From contig JAAOMT010000620.1 in the NCBI GenBank assembly GCA_016748015.1, forward strand, positions 613,684-677,683: 64,000 bases of DNA, in the 5' to 3' direction. The notes beneath the pieces were generated by a model that saw only the letters and a program-made list of their open reading frames with translations, did no database searches and was not told the DNA's origin. The position numbers and the translations under genes were made by a program. This document shows positions 12,782 to 26,200 of this stretch, in pieces; within the stretch, counting starts at the first letter, position 1, and every line of letters begins with the position of its first letter. The stretch comes from Geosiphon pyriformis uo1. Taxonomy: Eukaryota > Fungi > Glomeromycota.

Positions 12782-15700
12782 TTAATGAGTAAGGTCCAAA
12801 CACTACCTAGTGCTATACATCAAAGAATTGATCTAAACTAGGCGTGAATTATGCACTTTTTACACGTAACTAGCCACTTGGGCTGATTAGAACAACACTA
12901 CGCAGCTATATGAACTAATACTAAATCACCTAAACCTGAAAAGAACAAACAAGGCTTGCAAAAACCAAAATAAACACCTAAAGTATCAGTAATGCCAAGT
13001 AACCTAACTACTCCTGCAGAAAACCTTGAAGCCAAACCATGAACTGAGATGACAGCCAAACCATCCAGTGGAATCAATCCATTTTTTTCCATATAAGCAC
13101 GATGCTTAGCACAAACTGACCAGACACCCTTCCTGAAAGCAAGACCAAGAGAGCGCACAAACTTGACAATCTCTAAAACTGCAATCTTGGGGTCGCAAAA
13201 AACGCAAACAGCCTCATGAAACCAACCATTGAAAACAAAGCCCTTAAAAAGAGCCATGGACACAGAGGAATCAGAAATGCAGGATAACAACAATTGTAAT
13301 ATACCCGAGAAAGAAAAAAAGGAACCAGAAAGCACCTTCCAGACTTCTACATGAGAATCCAGCAACTGATGTCGAGCAGATTTGTCAATCTTGCAGGAGA
13401 ACGCATGATCTAACACCTCTATCTCACCACAATATAAGCACAACACACTAGGATAATATCTATTATAAAGGCACTTTCATACAGCAACTGACAGCTGATG
13501 GTGCAAAGCCTTCATAAAGTAAATATGCACACTGGCCGAAAGCCTGCTGGTGAAATCCACAGCCATGTGCAAATCAAGATGCCATACCAATAACAAACGG
13601 AGCCAATCAACTTCGGAAAACAAACTTCTCACCAAAACCTCAGAACCAGAACTAATCTCCCAGTGTGTATGACAAACAGAATGATAAATGTCATGGACAA
13701 AATGTCTTGAATTCCCAGAGACAATACCACCATCAGCTGTTAAGAAATGTTCACTCAAGCAAGAAGGAAGATACCAATTGGAGAAAGAAGTGGCACCAGC
13801 AATCATGTCAGCACACTCATTTCCCGGAATGCCAGAATGACTTTTTACCTTGTGAAAACTGATCTCCAACTTCTTACTGCAAATCAAGTTGACAATATGA
13901 TGATGTTCGACCCAACATTGATTACAAAAATTGGGACACACCAAACCCAACTCTGACCTACAAGCATCCAAAGCTAATTGACTATCCGAAAACAAATGAA
14001 CAGAGCTTGACGAGAGAACACACTTCAGAGCCAAGGCAATAGTCTGCAACTCCACCAAAGTAGATGACATCAAACCTAACACACTAATGCCCAAACCCAA
14101 GCCAATGTCCTCAAAAAAAACAGCAGCACCAGCTCTACAGCCAACCGTGCCAAGATTACTAAGGGACCCATTCATATATACTGACAAACTGTTAGCACCA
14201 GTCACTAGGAGACAATCACAAACAGACACATATTCACCAGATTTAAGAATGTTCAAAGGACCACTATTACCCAAAACCAAAGACTAAGTGTAAGAAGATC
14301 TCACACCATTAAGAAACAAAACAGAATGTTTAAACCACTCAGGAACAGAGCCATGGGGGTCCAATCTCTTCCATCACTTGAAGGTGTACCAATTATAAAC
14401 AGCACTATGACAGTCATGAAGTTGATCCACAAAGACAATACCATACTGCCAAAGGGAAAGGAGAAACCTGGAAAACCTTGACTCACCCAGAACTGTAAAC
14501 ATTGATACTCCACCACGAAACCGAAAAGAATTGACCAAAGAGCCACCCAGAAACACATTGCAACCAAAAAAAACACGAACCATGTCTGTCAGAAAGTTAT
14601 TAGATGCACTAACCCGAATATGAACAGGAGAACTCAATGGGTAAACAGAATGCCAATACAGAACTTGCAAGTTATGAGACCTGTGGGAAAACAAACGACC
14701 CAAGATACTATTAGAGTTCGCAAAACTGACAAGAAAAGCAATCTTGCTCTCAGATTGAACTTGAAAAAATGACTTTAAACCATAAAATGAAGAGTGTTGA
14801 ATCACATCATTAGGGAAATTGAGCGGCAAACCAGATTTGAGCTTTAAACCCTTACGAATCAGAGCATCCCACTTACTGCACACGCCAACAAGAATAAAAC
14901 TGAATTGAGTTCTATAATTGACTATTGGATGTAGAACTGCTAACACCAAATATAAGAACTGCTTATCTGAGACCACCTTCCTTAATACCAGATTGGTAAA
15001 AAAGCAAATGTCCGAATGTGCCTTAACCAAGCTAGGCTTTGAAAGACCCTCAGTCGAAAGAAAAATGCCCAGATATCAGTGAGATTCCCTCTTTTTGGCA
15101 ATAGAAATGGGCAAACCACTAATAGAAAGAGAGAGATTGCTAACTCTGCTATTGATAGAAATGGCTACCGTTTTGTCATTATTAATAGAGATGTCATTAA
15201 CACAAAAAAATTTACTAGCAACATTGAGAATATGTTGAGTAGCCATCTGACTGCTGCCAACCCAAATTGTATCATCAACAAAAGCACCAGTGGTGAAAAA
15301 AGAAGAAAACCCGGCCTGAGATTCGGAATGACTATTCTTGGAAACAAAGTGAGAATTCAACTTATACCCACATACACTTTCCTGTCTTTTGACTTCGCAC
15401 AAAAGGGGATCATAAAATATGTGCCAAAAAAGAAGGGAGAAGACCTTTCCCTGGTCCAAACCATCATGCACACTATAACCACTTGTCAACCCAAAATCTG
15501 TCATAACTTGGTTGGTACAATCCCTATGAATACCACCAAAAAACCGAATAAATTTGCTATACATCTTAATTCTAACCAGACTCTTCTCGAAATGCTTCCA
15601 GCTGACTGAGTTATACACTTTTTGTATGTCTTGAAAAACCAGCCAGAGCTTCCTGTTTTTTTCTAAAGCATCTTTGACCACCGATTCAATTGCAAAAATA

Positions 15701-18700
15701 GGAGACTGGGTTGTCATACCCTTCAGAACCAAAAAATTGTCACTCCAAAGAACATCAAAAGTGCTGCATGCCAAAGAAATTCTGTCAGAGAGGATCTTGG
15801 AAAGAATCTTGCAAGCTGTCTCAATCAAGACAATAGGACGTGTATTTGTCAGAACACCTTCCCATTTATAAGGTTTGGGAATCATCAAGACCCATGCTTC
15901 TTTCCAAGAGCCAGGCACCAATTCTCTAGACAAACAAGAGTTTAAAAGCACCAGCAACATATTTAGAACAGACCTATCACAGTGTTTCCAAAGCTCATTT
16001 GAAATACCCGACAAACTAGCTGCTTTACCATTTGGAAGCTCAGAAACCACTCCGAAGAACTCATCATACCCAATTGGGCACATAACCCCAGAAAAAGCCT
16101 CATCAAAAACATACTCCAATAGTTGATATTGGCAATGCCAATCAACCAAGATATTATTAACCACCTGATGCTTTCTAGTCCAACTCTCCATGATTGCATC
16201 CACCTTAGACTTAACCAGATCAGGTTCCAAAACCAACTCATCATCAACCACCAAATGATCCAATACAACCTTTCGAAACAGATGTTCTAATACACTTCTT
16301 ATCATATGACCCTTATTCATTTCAAAGCTTTCCATCCTCCTGCTTATGGCAGACCTGATGTTTGTCTTTTTAGTGCTCTGAGACTCAACAAGCTTGGATG
16401 CCCGATAAGATTTTCTAACACCCAAAAGAGCAGAATGAACATGACCAGATTCCACACCAGAGTCCACCAGATTCTGAACGATTGAAGCATTAATACTGTC
16501 CACAAAAGCCCAACGTTTCATAAGAGAAGCAAAATCCACAGCACACCCCACACGAGACGCCTTAATAATCTTCAAAACCAGAAGCTCCAATTTGTGAAAC
16601 CTCAAGGAATCTTTAGTAAAAACATTATTAAATTCCTTGAACCATTTTTTTTTGAATACCTCACCAGCTGAAAGAACCATTATCTTGTGAACAACACTCC
16701 ACATTGCATCCAAATCCGAAAGCTTCGCAGAGGCAGCAAACTCATTTGAGAACATTGTAGTATTGGCCAATGTAACACCTTTAAAACTTATTTAATCTCA
16801 TCAGCACTCTTGAAATCAAATTTCCATCAGTTCTTATTTGCTTGCCTGTGAAGAAAGTTTAACTGCATATCCAAAAGCCCACCCAAACCTACAGCCATTG
16901 AAACAGCCTGGTAATCCATGTCAAAATGCTTACTGACATCCAAAACCTCACGATTTACTATTGCATTGACCAAATTTGGAGAAACAAACACATAATCAAT
17001 TGTCTTCATGACACCCCTAGAATTTGCCCAGGTGGACAATTTTGAAGCTGGGCTTCCAGCCAAAGAATTCACCAGACCCAAGTCCAGACACTTTTTAAAA
17101 CTTGCATACTTACAAGAACTGTTTTCATTAAAATTACCACCGAGAACAATAAAGAAAGATTCATTAACAGCTTTTGCAATGAGAGAGTTGACTTCACCAG
17201 CTTGAGAAAACTGAACTGCTAAAGAAGCACTAGCATATAGTCCCAGAATAGACACCAAAAGTTTATTTTTGAAAAGTAACTTAATAGACAAGAGCCAACC
17301 AGGCACTTCTGAGATCCTGCACACATGTCTTACCAAAGAAGAATTTATGACGACCACAACACCAGCACCCAAATAGCCAGATTCCAGGCCAGAAGTAAAT
17401 ACCCACACACCATCAAATTTGTTAACAATCTAGGGACAAATCTTCCCTTTTAATTTTGATTCTGTAAAAATAGAAATTAAATTGTTCTTTTCCATATGCC
17501 AATGAATGATATCGTCCTGTTTTGCAGGATTGTTCATTCCTCTGATGTTGCAAGTAGCAATATTCCAAACCAGATTGTTTATTGAGAAGAAAAAAAATTT
17601 GAACCCACACCAAAACTGTCTATTTTGACCGAAAGGCCCAGAACTGTTTCCATCAGACATTTCATGCTGTCTTCCAACTTGGATACCAAAGATACATCAA
17701 AAGACATCACTCCCAAAACAACCTCACCACTAGTGGCTGCACCTGAACCCTTACTCATCACTATATCTGCTCCTTGATTCTGTGATGAAGGGGTCACCAA
17801 TGGCTAACATCCAGGACTTGGCTGGAAAACCATTGGCCCAAGTACATCCAACCTTTTAGCCAGCTTACCCATCTGCTCCGCGAGGCTGGCAAGACTGTGC
17901 TCAAGAGTGACAAACCTATTGTTGACTTCTGTCAAAACTGGCAGGAATGGCTCCATCTCCGAAGAGGAACCAGATTTCGCCGAAACATTACGTCCAGAGA
18001 GAGGGGGAAAAGAAGACTTACTAGCAATCTTTGCCCAAGAGAGACCACCAAAAGAGACTGGACGAGCAACTGGAGCTGACTGTTTGGCATAGATGGCTGC
18101 CAATCTGCTCTTATCTGTGTCAGACAGGACTCTATGCAAAGACAAACCTGAAGAAACTTTCCCACCAACCACACAGCCCAATGATGTATGGCCCAATTTT
18201 CCACACTTGGCATACTTAGCTAAGACAAGATGAAACCAGCATAGATTGGTGTCCTTCAATATTGGCGTGGTTCCCACGATGGCATCTAATGACTCAGTAG
18301 AATCAAAACAGATGACAGCACATTTAGTCCTAACATATGTAACCGAATGATGATCGATGACACACATCTTCCCACTCACTGAACCAATAAAATCCCAGAT
18401 GTCATGAGCAGTCATTCCCATTGGCAGAGTATAGAGCAGCACTCTATGCTGGTCCCTTGCGTCTCATGATTCTTTGTCCAAATCCGATCTAGCTACTCGC
18501 ACAGCATCCTTCCCGATTAAGATTGACCACTTTGCCATGACCAAATCGGCATAACCTGATTGCTCAAACTCCACCACAGTTTTCTGCCACAGCCCCACCA
18601 ATTACATCTTGATCGACTTAATTATTCCAAACTCGGAGAGTGCAGTGTGCACAGCCTCAGCTGATATTTCAACCAGAATTTTTTTTAACACCACAGCCTG

Positions 18701-19500
18701 ATTTGAGCAACCAGCAGATTTCTTAAGATCGGTGTTTACCATGATTTTCGCATCCTTAGTCTTTTTAGAAGCCTGTGCCAAACTCGATTCGGATGTAAAT
18801 GTCGCTCTGATGATCCCAGCAAATTTTGAGGGGGTAGAGGCCCCCCCCAAAACTATTGATATCTGAAAATAATTTCCTGACTGCAAAAAGTTTCTCTTGA
18901 GAAGATTTACCAGTCATTTTTTCCAACCCAATATCTAGAGCAAATGACTTACAAACAGGGACATTAACCAGATTTCTCAAAGAAGGAGGAAGTTCCAAAT
19001 GGCCACCTGACAGAACATCACCATCATTATTATCACCCAGAAAATTAATTTTGCCCAGAGGTTTACCCAAAGCTTGCTTAATAACTATCTTGGGCCCTTT
19101 TGGTGTTTGGTTAACGTCTTTCCCTTCCAAAAGATCACCTTTTCCATAATCTACACTAGTTTCCTCAATTAAAAACTTCTCTTCCATGTCCACACTGTCA
19201 GATTCAGTAGTATCCCCAGCCTCAGACCCCCAAGAACCACCAACCACTTTATTAGACACAACCATTTTTTGAGCAGCACCATCTTTTAGAACACCATCTT
19301 TCCTCTTTTTTCTAGAAGCAATGTTCTTACTAACAGTATCAACACTAAAGTCCTTGGCAGACTCCTTTATTACAGCAATATTGAGACCAACAATGGTTTT
19401 GTAATCAAGCAGAAAAAGTTTGAATTTATCGTACTGAATTGTAAAAAACTTCTTTTCAAAAAACTTTTGGCTCTTTTTCAAAAATTTGGGATGAAAGAAA
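12782..19500 (-). mobile_element. Near full-length degenerate LINE (ORF1 with RRM-like region and zinc knuckle; ORF2 APE-RT-RNase H-Zn finger; 3' UTR)
   Basis: APE: IATCNIRG, ETK-like, LGGNFN, TIDYVF. RT: RPIVLIE, GLDQG, GAFVDDTIW. RNase H: SVYMNGSL, ELQTIALAL, FSDSQ, KVKSHSGIPGNECAD. C-terminal CLYCGEIEVLDHAFSC. ORF1 knuckle YAKCGKLGHTSLGC. Frames are broken by stops. Confidence 0.94.
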
Positions 19501-20496
19501 GAAAGAAGTTTTTTTTAAGTTTTTTTTGCAAAAAACAAAGCTTTTTTTTATATATTAAAGTTGGCTTCATTTTTTTTCTTTATAATTGCTATTTAATTCT
19601 AGTTTTTTGTTTTAATAGAAGATTATAAGAGCAAAAAAAATAATAATTAGTTTGTATGTTTTTGCAATTTGTATATACTTCTTTTTTATTCTTTTTTTGT
19701 GCTTTAGACTGTTTTGAAATTTATTTATGTATGTTTTTTTAAATAATATCTAATTAAATCTTCTTATTTTAAGAGTTTTTGTTTATTTTCATAAATTAAA
19801 AAATTAAGTTTTGTATTTGAAATTATATTTTTACTTTCATTTAGTTGTTCATCTTGACAATATAATAATTGTAATATTGCTTTTATTTTTAATTTTTTTT
19901 GTTTTTTTTTCATATTTTGAGCTTTTTTATTTCTAATTAAATAAATAAAAATAATTAGCACATAAATATAAAATTATACAAAAAAAATGTTAATATATAC
20001 ATACAAATAAGACATTTTGTATTTAAAAAGCTATTGATATAAAAAAAAGATAAAACTATTGTATTACTCAAAGTATGTACAGTATATATCTATATTTTTA
20101 ACCAGTTACACAAAATAATATACACATAACTTTCTCATATAATCTGTAGTAAAAGGTCCAATTTGTTTATTAGCTATATAAAAGAAAGTAATTTTAAAAT
20201 ACTATAACTCTATCAATACTTGTTCAATTGTTAAAAGGAAAAACAAGTTTTAATTTTTAAAAACATCTTAAAAAGACTTGTTTGATAGTTTTTGTCTTCT
20301 TATACTGTAAAATATGTGAGTTAAGGTAATATGCACCATAGCTTTTCAAAAAAAAATTTAATTAAGTAAATTATTAATATGCATAATTTAATTATTAAAT
20401 TTATTAATATATTAATTTATTAATAAAAAATGATTTTTTAAAATTGCAAAAAAACAATTCTTACTTGTGTTTAATAAAATAAATAATTAAACCGCC

Positions 20497-20685
20497 GCGA
20501 TGAAAAGGCTTTATGATCCCGGTTGAATTGTATTCGTTGCGGATTGAGAAAGGACTCTGACCACACCTTTTTATGCATTTTCGATTCTGCTGCGAGGAAG
20601 GCTGTAGTCGAAGATTGTTGCCTTGATCGGCTCGAGTGGCTGGTCACGTGTATAAAAGGTATGAGCCGCGTTTATTGTATGTTTA
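20497..20685 (+). mobile_element. Short internally deleted LINE 3' remnant (Zn finger plus 3' UTR)
   Basis: KRLYD..CIRCGLRKDSDHTFLC matches the LINE C-terminal finger. The following gatcggctcgagtggctggtcacgtgta matches the 3' UTR of the 12.8 kb LINE (aatcagcccaagtggctagttacgtgta). Confidence 0.75.
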
Positions 20686-20920
20686 AAAATAATGAAAATA
20701 ATCACAAAAAAGCAATTTATTATATAATATAAGCTCAAATATACGTGATTTAAAGTAAAATCTTATTTCTTAATAATTTATGTTTCACACCGTTTAATAA
20801 TAATAATTAAAAAAAATATCTTACTGTAAGGACAAACGGGAATCAGGCTTATTATCGCAAACTTAGGAAAAGTGAAAGATATTTTTGTATATTCTATTCC
20901 GCCCTGAAACTTCCTCTTCC

Positions 20921-22860
20921 ATGAAACCCGCAAGAAAACAGGCAGGTTATGGCATTTGATATTTTAAAAGTCTAATTCACAATCAATTTGACTTTATTCT
21001 TGAATCCAGGTGGACGGCTCTTACCTTAAAGTAGGACCAAGCAAGGCTGCTCCTGTTGATCGGTCAGGAACATTTTACAACATATGGTATAATAAGTGGA
21101 CTGGTGGCGACAAGATTCCGAGGTTAGCGAAATTCTAAGTTAGTCCTAGCTTTATTCGTCTCATGTCTAATTTAAATTTCAAACAACATAGAGGGGAGAA
21201 AGCAAGAACCAGGTGTAACGTTGATCTTGATGTCGGAGAAACCAAGGGTGATAAAATTCAAAGTACATATTTCTGTCTATACTTTGCGCGTGGTTGTTGT
21301 CCATTCGGGTGAGTTATCTCACAACTTGACGCGTTATTCTTTGTTTTTTAACTGGTTTCTGAGGTTACCTTCATCATTATCATTATCCTAATTCCTTTTC
21401 CTTTTTCCAGATACGAATGCAGTTATTGGCATAGAATACCTTCAGAGGAAGATCTCGTTGACTCCACAATTGACTCATTCGGACGTGATAAATTTAATGA
21501 GTACCGGGAAGACATGGGTGGTGTAGGATCTTTTAACCGAGAGAATCGAACTCTTTATGTTGGCCATGTTTCCATTGGGCCTGATATGGAGGTATAATTT
21601 TCGTGGCTATTTTATTTGGCTCATTAAAATTTCAATTTCAATTTTTTTATACTAAAATTCATCAATACTCTGACCAGGAAACTGTACGAAAACATTTTAG
21701 TGATTGGGGGGAGATAGAAAAAGGTGGTTATAAAGTTTAAAATGAGCATTGCTGAAAATCTTCCTGCCGCTTTCTTGGAATCTGATGTTTTTTATTTCTC
21801 AGTAAAGATCTTAAAAGACAAAGGGGTGGCCTTTGTAACATATAAAAGTTCATTAAATGCTGAATTTGCTAAAGAAGCAATGAGTAATCAGAGCTTAGAT
21901 CATAATGAGGTACGTTTATTAATAATAAGCCTTGATCATTATTAACTCACTAGTTATGATATCTTTTTTGCTAAATTTACCCGTCAATTTTTTCTTTTGG
22001 TGTTCAACAGGTCCTTAATGTTCGGTAAGCAGAATCATCTATGCTATAATTGAGTACATACCATGATTATAATTGTTTTCTCATTTTTTCCTGTTAGATG
22101 GGCAACAGATGATCCGAATCCAAAGGCTAAAGCAGAATATAAGCGCAAAGCTGAGGCAATGGCTGCGCAAGCTGTTCAAAAAAACTTACCAGCAGAATTT
22201 ACTTCAGGAAATTCTGAATATGAGAGCAAGCGTCCTAGAATAAGTCAAGCTATTGTTGACCCTGAAGTTTATGGGATAGAAGGATATGAAACTCCACCGG
22301 AACCAACATATTCTTCTAGTATGGAAGGTCTAGGACATACAAATCCCTCGAACTTACAAGGGTCTTTCTCCAGCACGGGTGCATCTTTTGAAAGAGGGAA
22401 AATTATTTCAGAAGAAACCTTACAAACCTTAAGATCATTGTCAATGCCTAATCGGAATCCTAATGCGCATTCCCTGCGTGTTAGGTCAAATCCGAAAAAT
22501 GAAAGAGCTGGGAATGCTTTGAGTGGGTTGGCGGATTACGGGAGCGACGAGGAAAGTGAATCAGAGAATGGAAATAACAAAAATATGTCAGAGATGCAAC
22601 TGAAAGACATGAAAGCTGAATCTTTTAAGGACAGTGCAGTTGATAACATCGCTATTGAGGTTGCCCTAGCAACTAATTCTGATACTACGGAACAAGATAA
22701 AACAAAGCAACAACTAGATGACAAAAATGAGCCAAAGACTGAATCTGTACTTAGTGATATCTCGAAAAAGGATGCATCTTCTGGAGAGGGAAAAACAGCA
22801 AAAGCTAAAGTTCCTGTAACAAGAAAGAGCGAGAGGATCAAGAAAACCCGCAAGTTGTGA
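20921..22860 (+). CDS. CWC2: Pre-mRNA splicing factor Cwc2/Cwf2 (Torus, CCCH, RRM), ~8 exons
   Basis: [97 protein letters not shown]. Includes a 14-nt micro-exon at 22011-22024. Confidence 0.95.
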
Positions 22861-23212
22861 AAATCAAAATTTTGTTAAGAACTTTTTCTAGCATCCTTTA
22901 TTTAAAATATTTTGAAATACACTCTCAAGATTTGAGAAAAAACAGCATCTTTATCATTTTGATTCGTTTATTCTCAATATGAATAAAATGCTTCCCATTG
23001 TATGTATTTAAAAATTGCAGTCATCCCATTGATTGCTTTAGCACAGTATATATATATTTTAATGAGAATTTTATCAGCCGAATTATTTTGCTTGTTTCGA
23101 TCGAGGCTTTTCATCAATTGTCTTTAAAGAATCCGTGATGTTGCAATTATTCGACTTGTTGAAGCTTTTCCTTATCTACCTCTAATATTAACCTACTCTA
23201 CTCCAAACCACA

Positions 23213-26200
23213 ATGAGCCAAGTCTCCCTTTTGCCTCCTTCCCCCAATTGGAACGCTTCAAAAGCTTGTTCAATTATTGAAGAAGCAAAACTTTTTGTTT
23301 ATGCAACAAATGAATCTTTGATACTGCTAAACTTTGATACTTTCCAATATGTGGGTTGTTTAACTGGTCATCGCGATAGAGTCAATGCTGTAGAAGCTTG
23401 TGATTCTTTATGTGTTTCTGGTAGTAATGACAAGTCGGTACGGTGCTGGGATCTACTTGCACAGAAAGAAATTGGGCTTCTGGAAGGCCATAAAGTACAG
23501 TTGAAATGCAGATTTCTCATTAAAGAAACTACAAAAATTCATATCAGAGTTCATTTCTGATTTTAAGAATGAAGTTTTGTCCCTTGCTTGGTCAAGTGGC
23601 AAAGACTTGATAATATCAGGTTGGAATGTCTAACCAAAGGTATCATTTTTTGATAAACCGTTTATAATCTCCAGCTTTGGGTTTCACAGGTGACAAATCT
23701 GGAGAAATAATCGTATGGAATCGCAAAGCCAATCAAAAGAGCAAATTTTCGCTTCTTAAATCGCCCATATATTGTATTCAGGGTTCACCCAACCATGAAA
23801 ATACCTTTGCGTTTGGGTAATTACTCGCTCAATGCCATATTTTATTCATGACTAAAATTTGATTCTAAATGATTTTTCAAAATGATTTGCAGTTTCCAAA
23901 ATGGAAGCATCCTGATTGTAAATATCACCTCTGACCTCAAGCATAAAGTCCTTTACAATCTCCAAGGACATGATCAGGAAATTCATAGCTTGTCTTGGCA
24001 GAAACTTTCAGGTAGCTAATCATCCTTTAAATTATTAAAATGAAATTTTTCAATTGGATAAATTTATTGTTTCATCTTCGATGATTAGAAATTACCCTTG
24101 ATCAGAAATGGGGATTACTCGTCTCTGGTTCTCGTGATAAGACCATCAAAGTATGGAATGTTTCTGAAGAAGTGGCAATAAAATCGATTACACTTCCACA
24201 ACCCAGCCAAAAATTGACCGAACAACAAAAATCTAGATTGTGGCTCGCATTGAGCTGGTTACCTGGCTCAAATAAAATTGTCTCAAGTTCTTTCATGTAC
24301 GTACGCTAAACTTTTTTCGCATCTCCTTTTTTTTCCCTTTATTAATCACTAGATTGAACACAATTTTAGGGGAAATCTGATTTTATGGGATCTCGATAGT
24401 GGGAAGCCTCAGTATCGATGGTTTGGTAAAGGACATAATCGTAGCGTTTTCTCCATCATTATATCGTCGGACGGATCTTTAGCATTCACCATATCAATGG
24501 ATCGTCAGGTTGGGAAATGATTCCCCATTTCATTCATTTTTCACATGTATTTTATTGCCTGGTTTTCTTTTATCCTTGAAAAGATAATCCAATGGAATAT
24601 AGATGATTTACGACCCCGCCTTGTACTTCCTTGTCTTTGCCTTGGAGTACATTCTTTGGATATCTCTTCGGCAGATCCATCGAAACTCGCACTTGGGCTT
24701 GGTGACAACACTATTCGAATTTGGAATTATGCGAATCGTGAAAATCCATTTGATTCAATACTCTTGTGGAAAGGCTTAAAAAGCCAAATAACCTGTGTAT
24801 GTATTGATATTAAGATTTTATCTTCAGAGAATAGATATTGGCCTAAAACGCTTTTTTCCCCCTTTAGGTAAAATGGAATCCGAATCAAGAAGGACTTCTT
24901 GCTTTTGGAACTTCCATAGGTGCCATCGGTTTAATGGATGTCTACACTGAACGCTACAAAAATTTTCATTCACATCATACAGGCAAAGTTTACGCACTTG
25001 ATTGGTGTTTCAAAAATTGGATCAATAAATCTGAAGCAAACGAAAAAGATGAGAATGGATTGTTCATTTTTAGTTGTGGTGCAGATGGAATCATATATTT
25101 CAGTGATACCCATAGGATGACAAAAGCCTCGGTAAATGTAAATGAATTGATTCAAAATGAAAATCCTGAATGGGTGCAGTCGATCAAGGTTAGTAAGAGT
25201 TGTTGAAGACTTTGTTACACCGCATCATCGTTTCCATCAAAATTTTAAACAGGTGAATTGGATGTGCGACTAGGGAGATTTATCTAGTTTACCTCATCGG
25301 ACGGAGATAGCAATTCATCCAAAGGGCAAATATATTGCAATTGGCAACAAAAATGGATCAATTGAAGTTTTCGAGCTACCTTCTTTCAAAGTGGTCTATC
25401 ATTTTATTGGACATCACGATTGTATAAATCGCTTGCAGTGGAATTACGCTGGTAGAACTTTGTCTTTGTTTATAAATTTGTTTACGGCAACTCAATTAAT
25501 TCAAAGTTCATTAGATGACAGTGATTCTCTTCTCGCCTCGGGTTCCAATGATTGCAAAATAATGATTCACGATTTTTCTGACATGACCAAACTCTCCGCG
25601 ATTGGTACCAGTCTTTTTCTTGCGACCCCATAGAAAGCCTAATTATTTATTCAATTATTATTTTTAGTTTCTATCCCGACTTCATCATGTAAGAAAATCC
25701 TTGATAAACACCATAACGGGGTCTCAGATTTATCTTGGAGCTCCGTAGATCATAATAAGCTTGTCTCGGCATCATTCGATAGAACAGCGATTGTAAGGAG
25801 TCTAATTTCGTTTTGCTATTTACTTTTTTTTTCCTAAAACCTCAAATCCGATTTTTAATCCCAAAGGTATGGAACGTTTTGGATGGGTCACCAATAGCGT
25901 TGTTTCGTGGCCATCAAGGTCGAATATTAAGCACAAAATGGAGTATTATGGAGGCTGATCTGGTTTTCACTGGTGGTGATGATCAAATGTGCTTTGCTTG
26001 GAGGCCTTCCCAGCATCCTTTCCTTGAAAACTTGGGTGACATTTATTTTCTGAAATCCGTCTTTTAATAAATCTTTCAATCATTTTACTAATCTTCCACC
26101 TTATTAATAACAGAAAATACCAAAAGAATTTCAAAAAAACTCAATCGACCTCAAGAGCGTTCAATTTCAAGCAACTCTTCTACTCAAGATTTAACATCAT

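Noticed and set aside
15079-18219. Plus-strand ORFs antisense to the LINE (e.g. 15079-15609)
   Set aside because: Shadow ORFs of the LINE coding strand with no independent motifs.
19500-20490. AT-rich block and ORF 19764-19961 as a gene
   Set aside because: Low-complexity K/N/I/L composition. Probably decayed repeat, but I could not recognise the source.
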